Below, one piece after another: positions 51,888 to 61,031 of a stretch of 64,000 nucleotides of DNA. The stretch's first letter is position 1. Each line of letters opens with the position of its first letter. The notes under the pieces were generated by a model. It saw only the letters and a list, made by a program, of their open reading frames with translations. It was not told the origin of the DNA and searched no databases. This DNA comes from Minisyncoccota bacterium (GTDB lineage: Bacteria; Patescibacteriota; Minisyncoccia; Phycocordibacterales; JACRKE01), in the NCBI GenBank assembly GCA_041660505.1, contig JBAZWG010000002.1, positions 868 through 64,867 of the forward strand, read 5' to 3'. A program made the translations under genes and the position numbers.

Positions 51888-53087
51888 CTACTTGGTGATA
51901 TTTGTGAATGGGCCTGTGATAGTGTGCTCGTAGCCGTTGTAATACGGGTAGGAAGCAGTGGAAGTTTGGCCCTCTGCGGCCGCATCATCGGTGTCGGCAT
52001 TCTGGGGCGCGATAGTAGCGCTCGAGTTAAGGCCCGTCGCAAGAAGGTCGGTATTCTCATTGATATTAAAGTCTATTGTGCGGTTGACACCGAGGCCGAC
52101 ATCGCCTTTGACGTACGCATTAAACGAGTCGCCGCGCTCGATGCGGATACCATCCTCACCAAAATCGGAATCATAGAAGCGTGAGTCGCTATCGCGAGGG
52201 ACGGCATCGAATTCATACTTCTGCCCGCGATATTCGACGACTGTCTTAACATTGTGTATATCATCTCCACTGGCCGAACCGTTCTGACGCCAAGCAAGAG
52301 AGTTAAGAGTAATAGGCTCCGCACCGCTCAGATCGAAACGCACGCCAGAGAAAGCAACGCCTGCTGAATTCAAGATAATACTCTTGTTCAGAGCCGGGTC
52401 ATACGAGCCGATAGTACCCGTCAAGCTCCCAATGACATACGTCTCATTGACCGTCTGGAATCTGCCGGCGATTGGCAGGCTGCCCTGAACCGGTGCGTCT
52501 GCATCGATTGCCGTAAGTGAGAGCCTCGCCAATTCCCCATCGTGCCCCGTGAGATCGCTCGCCATGGCACCATAGAGCGTGATTTCTTGCGACTCGTCTT
52601 GCTTAATAAGCATTGGCTTCTTTAATCTCAAAATATAAATATGATCTGTATGAGGTGCGAGAACATAGGCCGCATCTTCATATATCCCTAAATACGAGAA
52701 TACCGATTCGCTCGCCATGCCCGTCTGCATGATGGTAAGAGCCTTTACTGTTACATCGGCGCCCTTGGCCGTAAACTTAACTTTGGTAAATTCTGCCCCT
52801 TGATCTGCGGCGACAAGGAGCCGTTCCGCCGGATTTTCTAATTGTTCGACGAGGAGCGCTGGAGCCTCTGTGGCCGGCACGCTGACGACGCTTGCCGTAA
52901 GCGCTGAACTGCTTTGCGCGATCATCTGGGCCAGCTCCTTACGAAGCTCTACTATTTTCTTAAGCAACGCGACAATAAGCTCTTGCTTGCTGTTCGATGA
53001 TTGCACTGTGGCATTCGCCGTCTGCACGGACACGAACGACACCAGAAGCAATAAGCCAAGAGCGACACTTTTAGAAACTGATTTCAT
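51888..53087 (-). CDS. secreted hypothetical protein
   Basis: Signal peptide MKSVSKSVALGLLLLVSFVSVQTANA; 399 aa; no recognisable motifs. Confidence 0.5.
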   Translation of the reverse strand: MKSVSKSVALGLLLLVSFVSVQTANATVQSSNSKQELIVALLKKIVELRKELAQMIAQSSSALTASVVSVPATEAPALLVEQLENPAERLLVAADQGAEFTKVKFTAKGADVTVKALTIMQTGMASESVFSYLGIYEDAAYVLAPHTDHIYILRLKKPMLIKQDESQEITLYGAMASDLTGHDGELARLSLTAIDADAPVQGSLPIAGRFQTVNETYVIGSLTGTIGSYDPALNKSIILNSAGVAFSGVRFDLSGAEPITLNSLAWRQNGSASGDDIHNVKTVVEYRGQKYEFDAVPRDSDSRFYDSDFGEDGIRIERGDSFNAYVKGDVGLGVNRTIDFNINENTDLLATGLNSSATIAPQNADTDDAAAEGQTSTASYPYYNGYEHTITGPFTNITK

Positions 53088-53151
53088 GTTGTTACCGTTA
53101 CTATAGCACTAAATAAGCAGATGTGAACCCCGAAATCAAGAAAACAGTGGA

Positions 53152-54621
53152 TTACTTACTATCTTCAGATAACGGCCTCATAAGCGGGAACATCTGCGTC
53201 TCGCGGATAGGTTTGTCTGCCAAGAATGAGAATAACCGCTCGCCGAAGCCGAAGCCACATGTTGGCGGCATACCGTGCTCGAGCATCTCCACGAACTCCC
53301 AGTCCGGCATCATCGCCTCCTCATCTCCGGCCTCAAGAAGTTTGTTCTGTTCCTCGAAGCGTTTGCGCTGGTCCAGTGGATCATTAAGCTCTGAATATCC
53401 CTTGCCGGCCTCACTGCCGGCGATAAGCGGGATGAATGTCTCGGTAAATTCCGGATGCCCGGGCAGACTCTTGGCGAGCGGCATGATGAGCTTGGGTAAA
53501 TGGACGAGGAAAGCCGGGCCGGAAATTTTCTTGCGACAATACTTCCAGAGGGTGTCGGTTAGCCGTTCCTGCGTCTCGCCTTCATACTCAACCCCGAGTT
53601 CTTTAAGCTTTGCTTTGATCTTTTCTGCATCGGTCGCAACTACATCAATACCTGTCTGGCGCAACACTTCGTCGCGGAACTCGATCCTCGGCCAGTTGCC
53701 GGCGAGGTCGAATTTGTGTCCGCGCGCCTCGAACTTTGTCGTCCCGAACACTTCTCGCGCAATAGTCTGATACAAATCTTGCACCAGATTCATTCCGTCT
53801 TCATAGTTCGCATACGCCCAATAGAATTCCAGATTGGTATATTCCTGCAGATGGTCAGGGCTCGTCCCCTCGTTCCTATATACTCGGCCGATTTCGTAGA
53901 TTTTCTCGAAGCTTCCGGCCATTAGGCGCTTCTGCCATAACTCCCCCACTGAAATTCTTAAATATAAATCTATATCGAAATCATTGTGATGTGTCGTAAA
54001 AGGCCTAGCCTCGGCACCGCCGGTCGTGACTTCCAAGGTTGGCGTCTCTACCTCGAGAAATCCCTTCTTCTGCATGAAGTCGCGTGTTACAGCCCAGAAT
54101 TTCGCCTTCTTTATGAACAAATCACGCAGTTCATCACTCTGGAGCAAATCAAGATAGCGCTTCCTGTAACGCGTCTCTTCGTCGGTCAGGCCGTGCCACT
54201 TCTCGGGCAATGGCAAGAGGGCTTTAGTCAGGAATGTCCATGACTTTACTAAAATAGAAATTTCGCCTTTCTTGGTCGTAAAAATAGTACCGCTGACGCC
54301 AATAAAATCGCCCGAGTCAATCACTCTGGTAAAAAGATCATACGATGCGTCATCAACTTCGCCGACTTTTAAAACAACCTGAATGCGACCGGAGAAGTCC
54401 TGAATGTGCGCGAATGTTATCTTGCCCATCTCGCGCCGGAGCATCACGCGACCGGCAGTCGTAACATCAGCACCATCGCCTGCGGCAACAGCCTCGGCGC
54501 AAGTATGCGTCCTCTCGAAGCGGTCGACGTAAGCCGAGACGCCGGCAGCCTTTAACAATTCAAGTTTTTTAATTCTATCGGCTCGTTCTCCTGTCTGTTC
54601 TATTTTATTATCCATAATCAC
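53152..54621 (-). CDS. lysS: lysyl-tRNA synthetase (class II)
   Basis: N-terminal OB fold (TAGRVMLRREMGKITFAHIQDFSGRIQVVLK), motif 2 and motif 3 (GFGFGERLFSFLADKPIRETQMFPLMRP). Confidence 0.9.
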   Translation of the reverse strand: MIMDNKIEQTGERADRIKKLELLKAAGVSAYVDRFERTHTCAEAVAAGDGADVTTAGRVMLRREMGKITFAHIQDFSGRIQVVLKVGEVDDASYDLFTRVIDSGDFIGVSGTIFTTKKGEISILVKSWTFLTKALLPLPEKWHGLTDEETRYRKRYLDLLQSDELRDLFIKKAKFWAVTRDFMQKKGFLEVETPTLEVTTGGAEARPFTTHHNDFDIDLYLRISVGELWQKRLMAGSFEKIYEIGRVYRNEGTSPDHLQEYTNLEFYWAYANYEDGMNLVQDLYQTIAREVFGTTKFEARGHKFDLAGNWPRIEFRDEVLRQTGIDVVATDAEKIKAKLKELGVEYEGETQERLTDTLWKYCRKKISGPAFLVHLPKLIMPLAKSLPGHPEFTETFIPLIAGSEAGKGYSELNDPLDQRKRFEEQNKLLEAGDEEAMMPDWEFVEMLEHGMPPTCGFGFGERLFSFLADKPIRETQMFPLMRPLSEDSK

Positions 54622-54783
54622 ACTATTCTACACCGATAACATGGCGCTTGTCTACGTTTAATTAGGCGCCGAAAATTTATGTTGCCAAATGCAACTTTTT
54701 ATGTTTTAATTAGAACAATATCAGTTCCCTACCATCACCCCAATACAGTCCCGCCAGAAGCGGGGCGAAAGGTAAAGTGCTCC

Positions 54784-55230
54784 ATGAAGTCCTTCTTCAC
54801 GCCATGCGAGGTGGCGAAGCTCGTCAACATCTCGTACCGCCAGATCCAGTACTGGGATAAGACGAACTTCATCCGCCCGTCTTACCGGAAGCGCGGGAAA
54901 TACCGCCTGTATACCTTCGCTAATCTCATCCAGCTCAAGGTGGCGCGCACCTTGCGTGACCACGACTTCAGCATCCAGCGTCTGCGCAAGACGATTGTGA
55001 ACCTGAAGGAGCTCTTGCCTCAGGTGGCTCACCCATTGGTGGAGCTCACCTTCCTCATCGAGGGCGAGAAGATTCTCGTCTTCAACGGCGAGGTCCTCAT
55101 GAACGCCGTCTGTAGCCAGAACTACATCCGCTTCGACGTGAAGACGCTTCGCGAGGAGATCAAGACGCAATTCCCCGAGGCGTTCGCGCTGGAACCGCCT
55201 AGCCGCTACGGTGGCAAGGCGGCAAAGTGA
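54784..55230 (+). CDS. MerR-family transcriptional regulator (GC-rich gene)
   Basis: Start set at MKSFFTPCEVAKLVNISYRQIQYWDKTNFIRPSYRKRGKYRLYTFANLIQLKVARTL (MerR HTH and wing). No C-terminal Cys metal site. Coding GC and third-position GC are clearly higher than in neighbouring genes. Confidence 0.65.
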   Translation: MKSFFTPCEVAKLVNISYRQIQYWDKTNFIRPSYRKRGKYRLYTFANLIQLKVARTLRDHDFSIQRLRKTIVNLKELLPQVAHPLVELTFLIEGEKILVFNGEVLMNAVCSQNYIRFDVKTLREEIKTQFPEAFALEPPSRYGGKAAK

Positions 55231-55242
55231 GGTGAACGGTAA

Positions 55243-55281
55243 TAGTGATGGAATCGTCCCGAGTCAGCAATGGCTCGGGAC
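55243..55281 (+). terminator. strong rho-independent terminator after the MerR-family gene
   Basis: atcgtcccgag-tcagcaatgg-ctcgggacgat, an 11-bp perfect stem, followed by TTGTTTT. Confidence 0.7.
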
Positions 55282-55290
55282 GATTTGTTT

Positions 55291-56211
55291 TCATAATTTC
55301 TTCGGGAAGAGTATCGACAGCCACATGGAGATTCCGAGCGCAACACAGATGACCAGAAGCGAAGTGAGAGACGAAAGATGAATATCGATAATATCCAGAA
55401 GCATTTTTGCACCGATGAATATCAAGATGAAGGCGAGACCTTTTTGGAGATGATGAAATTTATGCAAGAAGCCCTCAATCAAGAAGAATAGCGCGCGCAG
55501 ACCCATCACGGCGAAGATGTTCGAGGTGAAGACGATGAAAGGATGCTGGGATATCGCGAACGCGGCGGGGATAGAATCGAAGGCGAAGACAATATCGGTC
55601 GTCTCGACGAGTATTACAATCAAAGCAAGCAGAGTAAAAAATAGTTTGCCATTCTCGCGGACGACGAATTTACCGCCATGATGATTAGTACTGAAACGCA
55701 GATATTTGCGCGCGTATTTTACAACTCTCCCATCCTCCAGATTGGCGTGCTCTTCTTTCCTTTCTGCGAAGAGTTTAACTCCGGTATAGAGCAAGACTAT
55801 CCCGAATATATATAGAATCCAATGGAACTGGCTGATGAGATAGGCGCCGGCACCGATGAATATCGCACGAAAGACTACCGCACCAAGTATCCCCCAGAAG
55901 AGCACTTTATGATGATACTTCTCCTCCAGCTTGAAGTAGCTAAAGATAAGCATTATAACGAAAAGATTGTCTACGGATAGCATCTTCTCCGTCACATAAG
56001 CGCCCAAGAATTCCGCCGCGAGTTCCTTGCTCATGAAGATAAAAACAAGGAAGGCGAACGCGAGCGAGATAGCCACCCAGAACATCGATTGGATAAGAGC
56101 CTCCTTAGGTTCTATCTTGTGCGCACGCTTGTTGAAGTAGCCGAGATCGGCAACAAGAAATGAGACAATAATAAAACCGAACAAGAGAGATAACGATGTT
56201 TGAGGGTCCAT
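55291..56211 (-). CDS. TerC-family integral membrane protein
   Basis: Start at MDPQTSLSLLFGFIIVSF (56211). MLSVDNLFVI, FAFDSIPAAF and FTSNIFAVMGLRALFF TerC motifs. The ORF-track N-terminal extension into the GC-rich leader is rejected. Confidence 0.8.
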   Translation of the reverse strand: MDPQTSLSLLFGFIIVSFLVADLGYFNKRAHKIEPKEALIQSMFWVAISLAFAFLVFIFMSKELAAEFLGAYVTEKMLSVDNLFVIMLIFSYFKLEEKYHHKVLFWGILGAVVFRAIFIGAGAYLISQFHWILYIFGIVLLYTGVKLFAERKEEHANLEDGRVVKYARKYLRFSTNHHGGKFVVRENGKLFFTLLALIVILVETTDIVFAFDSIPAAFAISQHPFIVFTSNIFAVMGLRALFFLIEGFLHKFHHLQKGLAFILIFIGAKMLLDIIDIHLSSLTSLLVICVALGISMWLSILFPKKL

Positions 56212-56414
56212 TGGGAAAGGGGCTATGCCTTGCGCGTGAGCCAGCCGGCGACAAGCATACAACCGGCCACAATATTCACAATAGCATGCGCCGACGCTTG
56301 TGTCTCGGGCAGGCCGACAACAAGCATATAGACATGGGTAACTACCACGACGAACAACCCGGCCATATACAACCACCAACTCATTTTATTATTTTCGTAC
56401 ATAATATTTCTTAG
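56212..56414 (-). promoter_or_regulatory. ~200-nt GC-rich structured 5' leader of the TerC-family gene (candidate cis-regulatory RNA; yybP-ykoY / Mn2+-type not confirmed)
   Basis: Long untranslated gap with internally repeated segments (ggccgg(g)ttgt, atgcttgt(tg)tcg(g)cc) and GUGGUAGUU / GAGAC-like elements. Confidence 0.3.
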
Positions 56415-57857
56415 CTACTTAATAATCATATTTTCTTTTAAAGCAGCGGTGTCAGTTTGGATTTTTTCTTGAGTAGTCCGCGTATCAACCTGTGACGTCT
56501 GCGCCGGCACGTATATCGGCTTCAATCGGGTTTGGGATAGTATTGCTTCCACCTGCGCCTTTAGTGCGTCAATCTGACTTCTTAGAGAAGCCTTCGTTTC
56601 ATCATCGGTGGCAATATTCAACTGTGCCATTAAAGCATCGATTTTCGCCGAGACGGGAACTATTTGCAATTGTCCTTTCAGTGCAGTGATTTGTGCCGGC
56701 AAATGAGCCTGTGCTACGACGTCGGTAGTAGTGTCTAGTTGATTCTGTAGTTTATTAATTTCCGCCTGTATATTCGCCATTTTTTCTTGGGTGGTTAGAT
56801 ATCCGTTACCTACTGAGTTGGTTGATGTTTTATTTGCCGGATTATTTATACCGCTTGGTTCTGCTTGACCGTATCCTCCACCTGTCGTTACTGCTGGTGT
56901 AGTTCTGACTTGAGTGTTAATAACTTGCCCCGGCACAATGCTAAACGTCCCGTCGCTGGAGTCGCCAATATAAGAAATCGCATTACAATACGAGACTGAA
57001 CCTTCGACGTAGATTGTTATTTTATAATTATCGCCCGCGGGGAGTATTTGATTAAGTCTATAAGTATAACTCTCCGGATTTGTGGTAACTCCTATCAATT
57101 GACTGCTGTTTGGCGTTGTTTTAGTCGTTGGCTGATCGTGTCCTTTTTCCAAGTAAATCAGCAAGGCTTTATTGCCGGCAACATTTTCCGCAGAATATTT
57201 TATAGTCTGGAATTCGCCCATTTGCCATACTTCCCCGCCGTTTGGAGAAAGAACTTTAATGACAGTCGAAGTGAATTGAGGCTGAACGGTCGTCGGAGCT
57301 TTACATGGTGTGGCTGGCGTGGTCGTTACGGATCGAGTTGTGGGAGGCGTCGGTGCCCCCGATACTAGATAAGGGACTTCCGATGTGTCCGGCGCGGCCG
57401 TCGTTTGACCGCCGGGCTGGGCAATAATTACCGGCGTTGTCGATACCGGAGGAATAGCGGTGGCAAGTACGTTTAATTTCTCTTGCGTTTTCGGGCCCAC
57501 AATTCCGATAGACTCGATGCCGTTTTGAGCCTGGAATTTTTTAACCGCCGCGGCTGTACGCGGACCGTAATATCCGTTCACCGTGCCATCAGGGTAAGCG
57601 CCGGTATAATTTTTAAGAAACTCTTGCAACTGTTTTACATCATCGCCGGTAGTCCCCTGCGTTAGAACTCTGCTGAACTTGAGTTCCATTTTGACAGTTT
57701 GCACTTCTGTTTTGAGGTCTGCTATCTGGGCCTGGAGCGATTGTATCTGCGTCTGCAGTTTTTTAATCAAAACCTGCAAATCAGCCGTCGGGTCAACTGT
57801 CTGTGCGAATGAAACTAACGGCAGTGCGAAGGCAAGCAAAAATAAATATTTTTTCAT
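56415..57857 (-). CDS. secreted protein with a peptidoglycan-binding (PG_binding_1-like) domain and coiled-coils
   Basis: Signal peptide MKKYLFLLAFALPLVSFA. LTQGTTGDDVKQLQEFLKNYTGAYPDGTVNGYYGPRTAAAVKKFQ is PGBD-like. Thr/Pro-rich linker and C-terminal coiled-coil. Confidence 0.6.
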   Translation of the reverse strand: MKKYLFLLAFALPLVSFAQTVDPTADLQVLIKKLQTQIQSLQAQIADLKTEVQTVKMELKFSRVLTQGTTGDDVKQLQEFLKNYTGAYPDGTVNGYYGPRTAAAVKKFQAQNGIESIGIVGPKTQEKLNVLATAIPPVSTTPVIIAQPGGQTTAAPDTSEVPYLVSGAPTPPTTRSVTTTPATPCKAPTTVQPQFTSTVIKVLSPNGGEVWQMGEFQTIKYSAENVAGNKALLIYLEKGHDQPTTKTTPNSSQLIGVTTNPESYTYRLNQILPAGDNYKITIYVEGSVSYCNAISYIGDSSDGTFSIVPGQVINTQVRTTPAVTTGGGYGQAEPSGINNPANKTSTNSVGNGYLTTQEKMANIQAEINKLQNQLDTTTDVVAQAHLPAQITALKGQLQIVPVSAKIDALMAQLNIATDDETKASLRSQIDALKAQVEAILSQTRLKPIYVPAQTSQVDTRTTQEKIQTDTAALKENMIIK

Positions 57858-57864
57858 ATATTTT

Positions 57865-59241
57865 TTAAAGAACATATTTTAAGATGAAATAGACAATCGC
57901 CAATGCGAGAGGGACGCCGATGAGTGCCGCGACGGCATCTCCTTGCGCAGATGCCGGCGCACCGGTAGTAAGATTAACATTTATATATCGATCTTCTCTG
58001 CGCGGTCTCATTTTAACAGTGATCTTCTTGCCCGTTTCGGCCGACTTAATCACAAGCTCAACCTCTGAATTCTTTTTGTTAGCTAAGACATCCTGGAAAT
58101 ATGGGTCTTTTGCACGATAACGCGCTGGATCGCCCGTATAAGAGCGATTGTAGACTGGCCAATTGCCGACATTTTTACCATTGATCTTCAGAATAAAATC
58201 GCCCGGGTTTATACCATTTTCTGCCGCAACGGAATGCGGCTCGACATGATTGATTAAACGCCAGTCTTTTGGTCCAAATCCGAGCCCCAGGCCACTATAG
58301 CGCGAACGACAGACACGACGCTTCGGAGACTTGTCTGACTTCTCAGGGAACTCTCCTATTAACTCTGCGAGCATAACGGGCGCAATTCCGCGAATATCCG
58401 GGTCAAGCCCTTCATTATCCGCTTCGCCCATCCAAATCATCGGCGGGATTTCAAGCTTTTTACCGCTTGCCAACTTGGCGTGATTCAAAAAATTAAGCCT
58501 AATATTACTGTAAAAGGTGGTGGTGGTGTAACCCGGCGTAGTGCGCGAGCTTGTTATAGGCACGGCGGAAGTCATCCCTCCCCAGCTATCGCCGAGCGTG
58601 ACAATATTCCAGTCGTACTTTACTTCTGTGCTGGTGATTGTCGTCGGTGGGGTATATTGCTCTTTTTTGCCACTAAAGAAATCCATACTGATGACGGTCT
58701 GCGGATTCTTTTTCGCACGTGTCATCCCTTGCGACAACAATATTTTTTCCAAATCTCGAAAGAGCTCTTTTTCGAGCAACGGGTTTGTCTTGTTAGTATA
58801 ATCGAAGTCGAAGGTCTTGTAGTCGGCCAAGGGCTCATCGGTATCGCGATAAGTCCGAACATTGATTTCTTCCATCGGGAAGGCAACGGGGAAAAGGTCT
58901 TCGTTGTTGTTATTGTAACCCGCCGCGTGTTCCCCTATCGTGTCCACAATATTGGCTTCAGAAATCCATGAGGTTGCAGCCACTGCCTTCTTTCGTTTCG
59001 CCTTTCCAACCAGTAACCCGAACAAAACACCCAGTACCAGATAAAACACGGGTGTCATCCATAATGCAATGGTGAACAAGCTTGATGTATCAGGGCTAAT
59101 TATCGCCACTATAAATACAACCGGGTAAAGTAATACTGCTAATAAATCAACAGAATACCCGGAGAAAAAAAGAGTTGGGTAAATCAATCCTATTATCAAT
59201 CCAATCATCCCCCACTTCTTCCAACTCTTCCAATTTTTCAT
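57865..59241 (-). CDS. membrane protein with a PDZ domain (hypothetical)
   Basis: N-terminal TM helices, PDZ-like GLGLGFGPKDWRLINHVEPHSVAAENGINPGDFILKINGKNV, and a C-terminal TM. Confidence 0.55.
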   Translation of the reverse strand: MKNWKSWKKWGMIGLIIGLIYPTLFFSGYSVDLLAVLLYPVVFIVAIISPDTSSLFTIALWMTPVFYLVLGVLFGLLVGKAKRKKAVAATSWISEANIVDTIGEHAAGYNNNNEDLFPVAFPMEEINVRTYRDTDEPLADYKTFDFDYTNKTNPLLEKELFRDLEKILLSQGMTRAKKNPQTVISMDFFSGKKEQYTPPTTITSTEVKYDWNIVTLGDSWGGMTSAVPITSSRTTPGYTTTTFYSNIRLNFLNHAKLASGKKLEIPPMIWMGEADNEGLDPDIRGIAPVMLAELIGEFPEKSDKSPKRRVCRSRYSGLGLGFGPKDWRLINHVEPHSVAAENGINPGDFILKINGKNVGNWPVYNRSYTGDPARYRAKDPYFQDVLANKKNSEVELVIKSAETGKKITVKMRPRREDRYINVNLTTGAPASAQGDAVAALIGVPLALAIVYFILKYVL

Positions 59242-59245
59242 AAAA

Positions 59246-59731
59246 TTAATTTTTAATTATTTGTTTGAGTTTTGTCGAAAAGTCATTCACACCTTTATTG
59301 CTGGACGAGTTGGCGCAGTTGTAATTGCCTACATCCAGAAGAACGTTATCGTTTCTTGAGACTTCTACCGATTGATTCGACCCGCCCGTGCAGCCGCCTA
59401 GGTCTTTTTCTGTCTTGCTTATAAGCATCGCCTTGCCGACAACTTGTTTGAATTGGTCTTCTGTAACTATCACGTCCTGCTTCTTTGTAACATTCCCCTT
59501 ATAATCGTTCACTGTCAGCTCTCCGACTGCTCCGCCGTTAGCAGGAAAAGATAAAGTCAAAATATTTTTAGTGTAATAGGGCGGTGGCACAGAGCCGTTA
59601 TCTTCTGTATATACGAGCTTCACGTTGCGAAAGTCGCCGAGATCAACCGGAGGAGTTACTTTCTTGTCAGCGAATAAAACGTAGCCTAATATGACCAACA
59701 CGGCGATAAGGAGAATGTATTTACTTTTCAT
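59246..59731 (-). CDS. small secreted/anchored hypothetical protein
   Basis: 161 aa; N-terminal signal/anchor MKSKYILLIAVLVILGYVLF. TGcTATAAT sits 7 nt upstream of the ATG on the minus strand (59739-59747). Confidence 0.45.
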   Translation of the reverse strand: MKSKYILLIAVLVILGYVLFADKKVTPPVDLGDFRNVKLVYTEDNGSVPPPYYTKNILTLSFPANGGAVGELTVNDYKGNVTKKQDVIVTEDQFKQVVGKAMLISKTEKDLGGCTGGSNQSVEVSRNDNVLLDVGNYNCANSSSNKGVNDFSTKLKQIIKN

Positions 59732-59827
59732 ATATTACATTATAGCACTTATTCTCTTTAATTTTCTAGCTCCTTTTTGTAGTAATTTCGCATTTTTATT
59801 AGTTAGCACTTTTTTGCCGATTTTAGC

Positions 59828-60586
59828 CTAGATTTGTTTGCGCGCATTGCCGGCGATGCTACCGCCTTCATTCGCCACCGCCTTATTCTCGTCTAAATTT
59901 TTCGGTTCGCGCTTTCCGGAGATTTCTGTCGTTGCCGTTTCTGCGAGCATATTCAAGACCAGTTCCAGATTGGTCATATTGTCCCGCAGATTTTCTTTCT
60001 TTAAATCTTTGAATTTTTTGTATTCTCTCGTGGTCATGCCGGTCCAAGCCTTTGAGATTTCGTCAGTCAAAATAGCGAATTCCAATCCTTCTTTGACACC
60101 GCGCTTTTCCCATTCATCGGTCAATGCTTTGCGAATTTCAATACTTTTTAGTCTCTGGTTCACCCACTCTGGGCTGTATCCTTTTTGTAAATATGTTTTA
60201 AGCGCACGATTAATAGTAAGCTCTGGGTCAGCAGTCTCTTCGAGCCGTTCATACCCTACCTGTGCGAGCCAAAGCTTAAATGGCTCTGCGTTAGGAGAAG
60301 GAATTGACTGGATAAGCCTAAGTATTGTTTCTGTGTCGGCCGCGTCGGTTTCTCTTTGCTTTCCGTCCTCTGCTAACATTTTCAACCGGTGACATTTTGT
60401 CACCACTTCACTTCCTTCTTCTTTTAATCGCTGTGCCAGTTTATTCCAATACTTTCTAGGGTCGGTACTCCCGGCCAACACTCTCACAACATCAACCACG
60501 GAAAAATACCAAAGCTCGTTATCTTCGTCCCAATGTCGACGTATTTGTGCTCCTTCGAAAATAGCGACTGCTTTATTCCTTTTCAT
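59828..60586 (-). CDS. DinD-like protein (Bro-N domain), paralog 2
   Basis: WYFSVVDVVRVL, IQSIPSPNAEPFKLWLAQVGYERL, LTDEWEKRGVKEGLEFAILTDEI and LELVLNMLAE are collinear with the 31037..31894 protein. Confidence 0.65.
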   Translation of the reverse strand: MKRNKAVAIFEGAQIRRHWDEDNELWYFSVVDVVRVLAGSTDPRKYWNKLAQRLKEEGSEVVTKCHRLKMLAEDGKQRETDAADTETILRLIQSIPSPNAEPFKLWLAQVGYERLEETADPELTINRALKTYLQKGYSPEWVNQRLKSIEIRKALTDEWEKRGVKEGLEFAILTDEISKAWTGMTTREYKKFKDLKKENLRDNMTNLELVLNMLAETATTEISGKREPKNLDENKAVANEGGSIAGNARKQI

Positions 60587-60610
60587 TCCAATTGGATTGT
60601 TCTGCGTTAT

Positions 60611-61024
60611 CTACTTGACCGCTTCGCCGAAGGCCTCGTCTGCGACGTCTTTGTCTGCGTCGGCTTTGGTCACATGAATCTTTCCGTCTATGTGATTTGG
60701 CGGGGCATAAACTGTGTAGATTTTGAGATCGCTAGTGCCTGTGTTAAAGAAATTATGCTTCGTGCCCGGTGTCACCACTACAACATCGCCGGCTCGAATC
60801 GGACTTTCTTTATCGTTTAACACCGCTTTGCCTGTTCCGCTTAAAAAGAATAGGGTTTGCTCGACGTTCTTATGCGTCTCCTCGCCCAATTCTCCGCCGG
60901 CCGGGATGTTCATCACGACAAGCTGGCTGCGCGCGCCGGTGAACAACACTTTTCTGAAATACGTATTCTTTTCCGTCTCGGCGACAATGTTCGTTATATA
61001 TGGCATATGTAAATATTGTAGCAC
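60611..61024 (-). CDS. cupin-domain protein
   Basis: Two-motif cupin signature: GGELGEETHKNVEQTLFFLSGTGKAVL, then PGTKHNFFNTG. Confidence 0.65.
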   Translation of the reverse strand: MLQYLHMPYITNIVAETEKNTYFRKVLFTGARSQLVVMNIPAGGELGEETHKNVEQTLFFLSGTGKAVLNDKESPIRAGDVVVVTPGTKHNFFNTGTSDLKIYTVYAPPNHIDGKIHVTKADADKDVADEAFGEAVK

Positions 61025-61031
61025 ATTCAGA

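Noticed and set aside
56212-56414. Confident annotation of a yybP-ykoY Mn2+ riboswitch upstream of TerC
   Set aside because: Only weak matches to the conserved GGGGAGUAG and downstream elements could be seen by eye. Kept as a low-confidence regulatory feature and hypothesis pending a covariance-model search.
59838-60392. 184-aa plus-strand ORF antisense to the second DinD-like gene
   Set aside because: Overlaps a gene with clear paralog and family support on the opposite strand.
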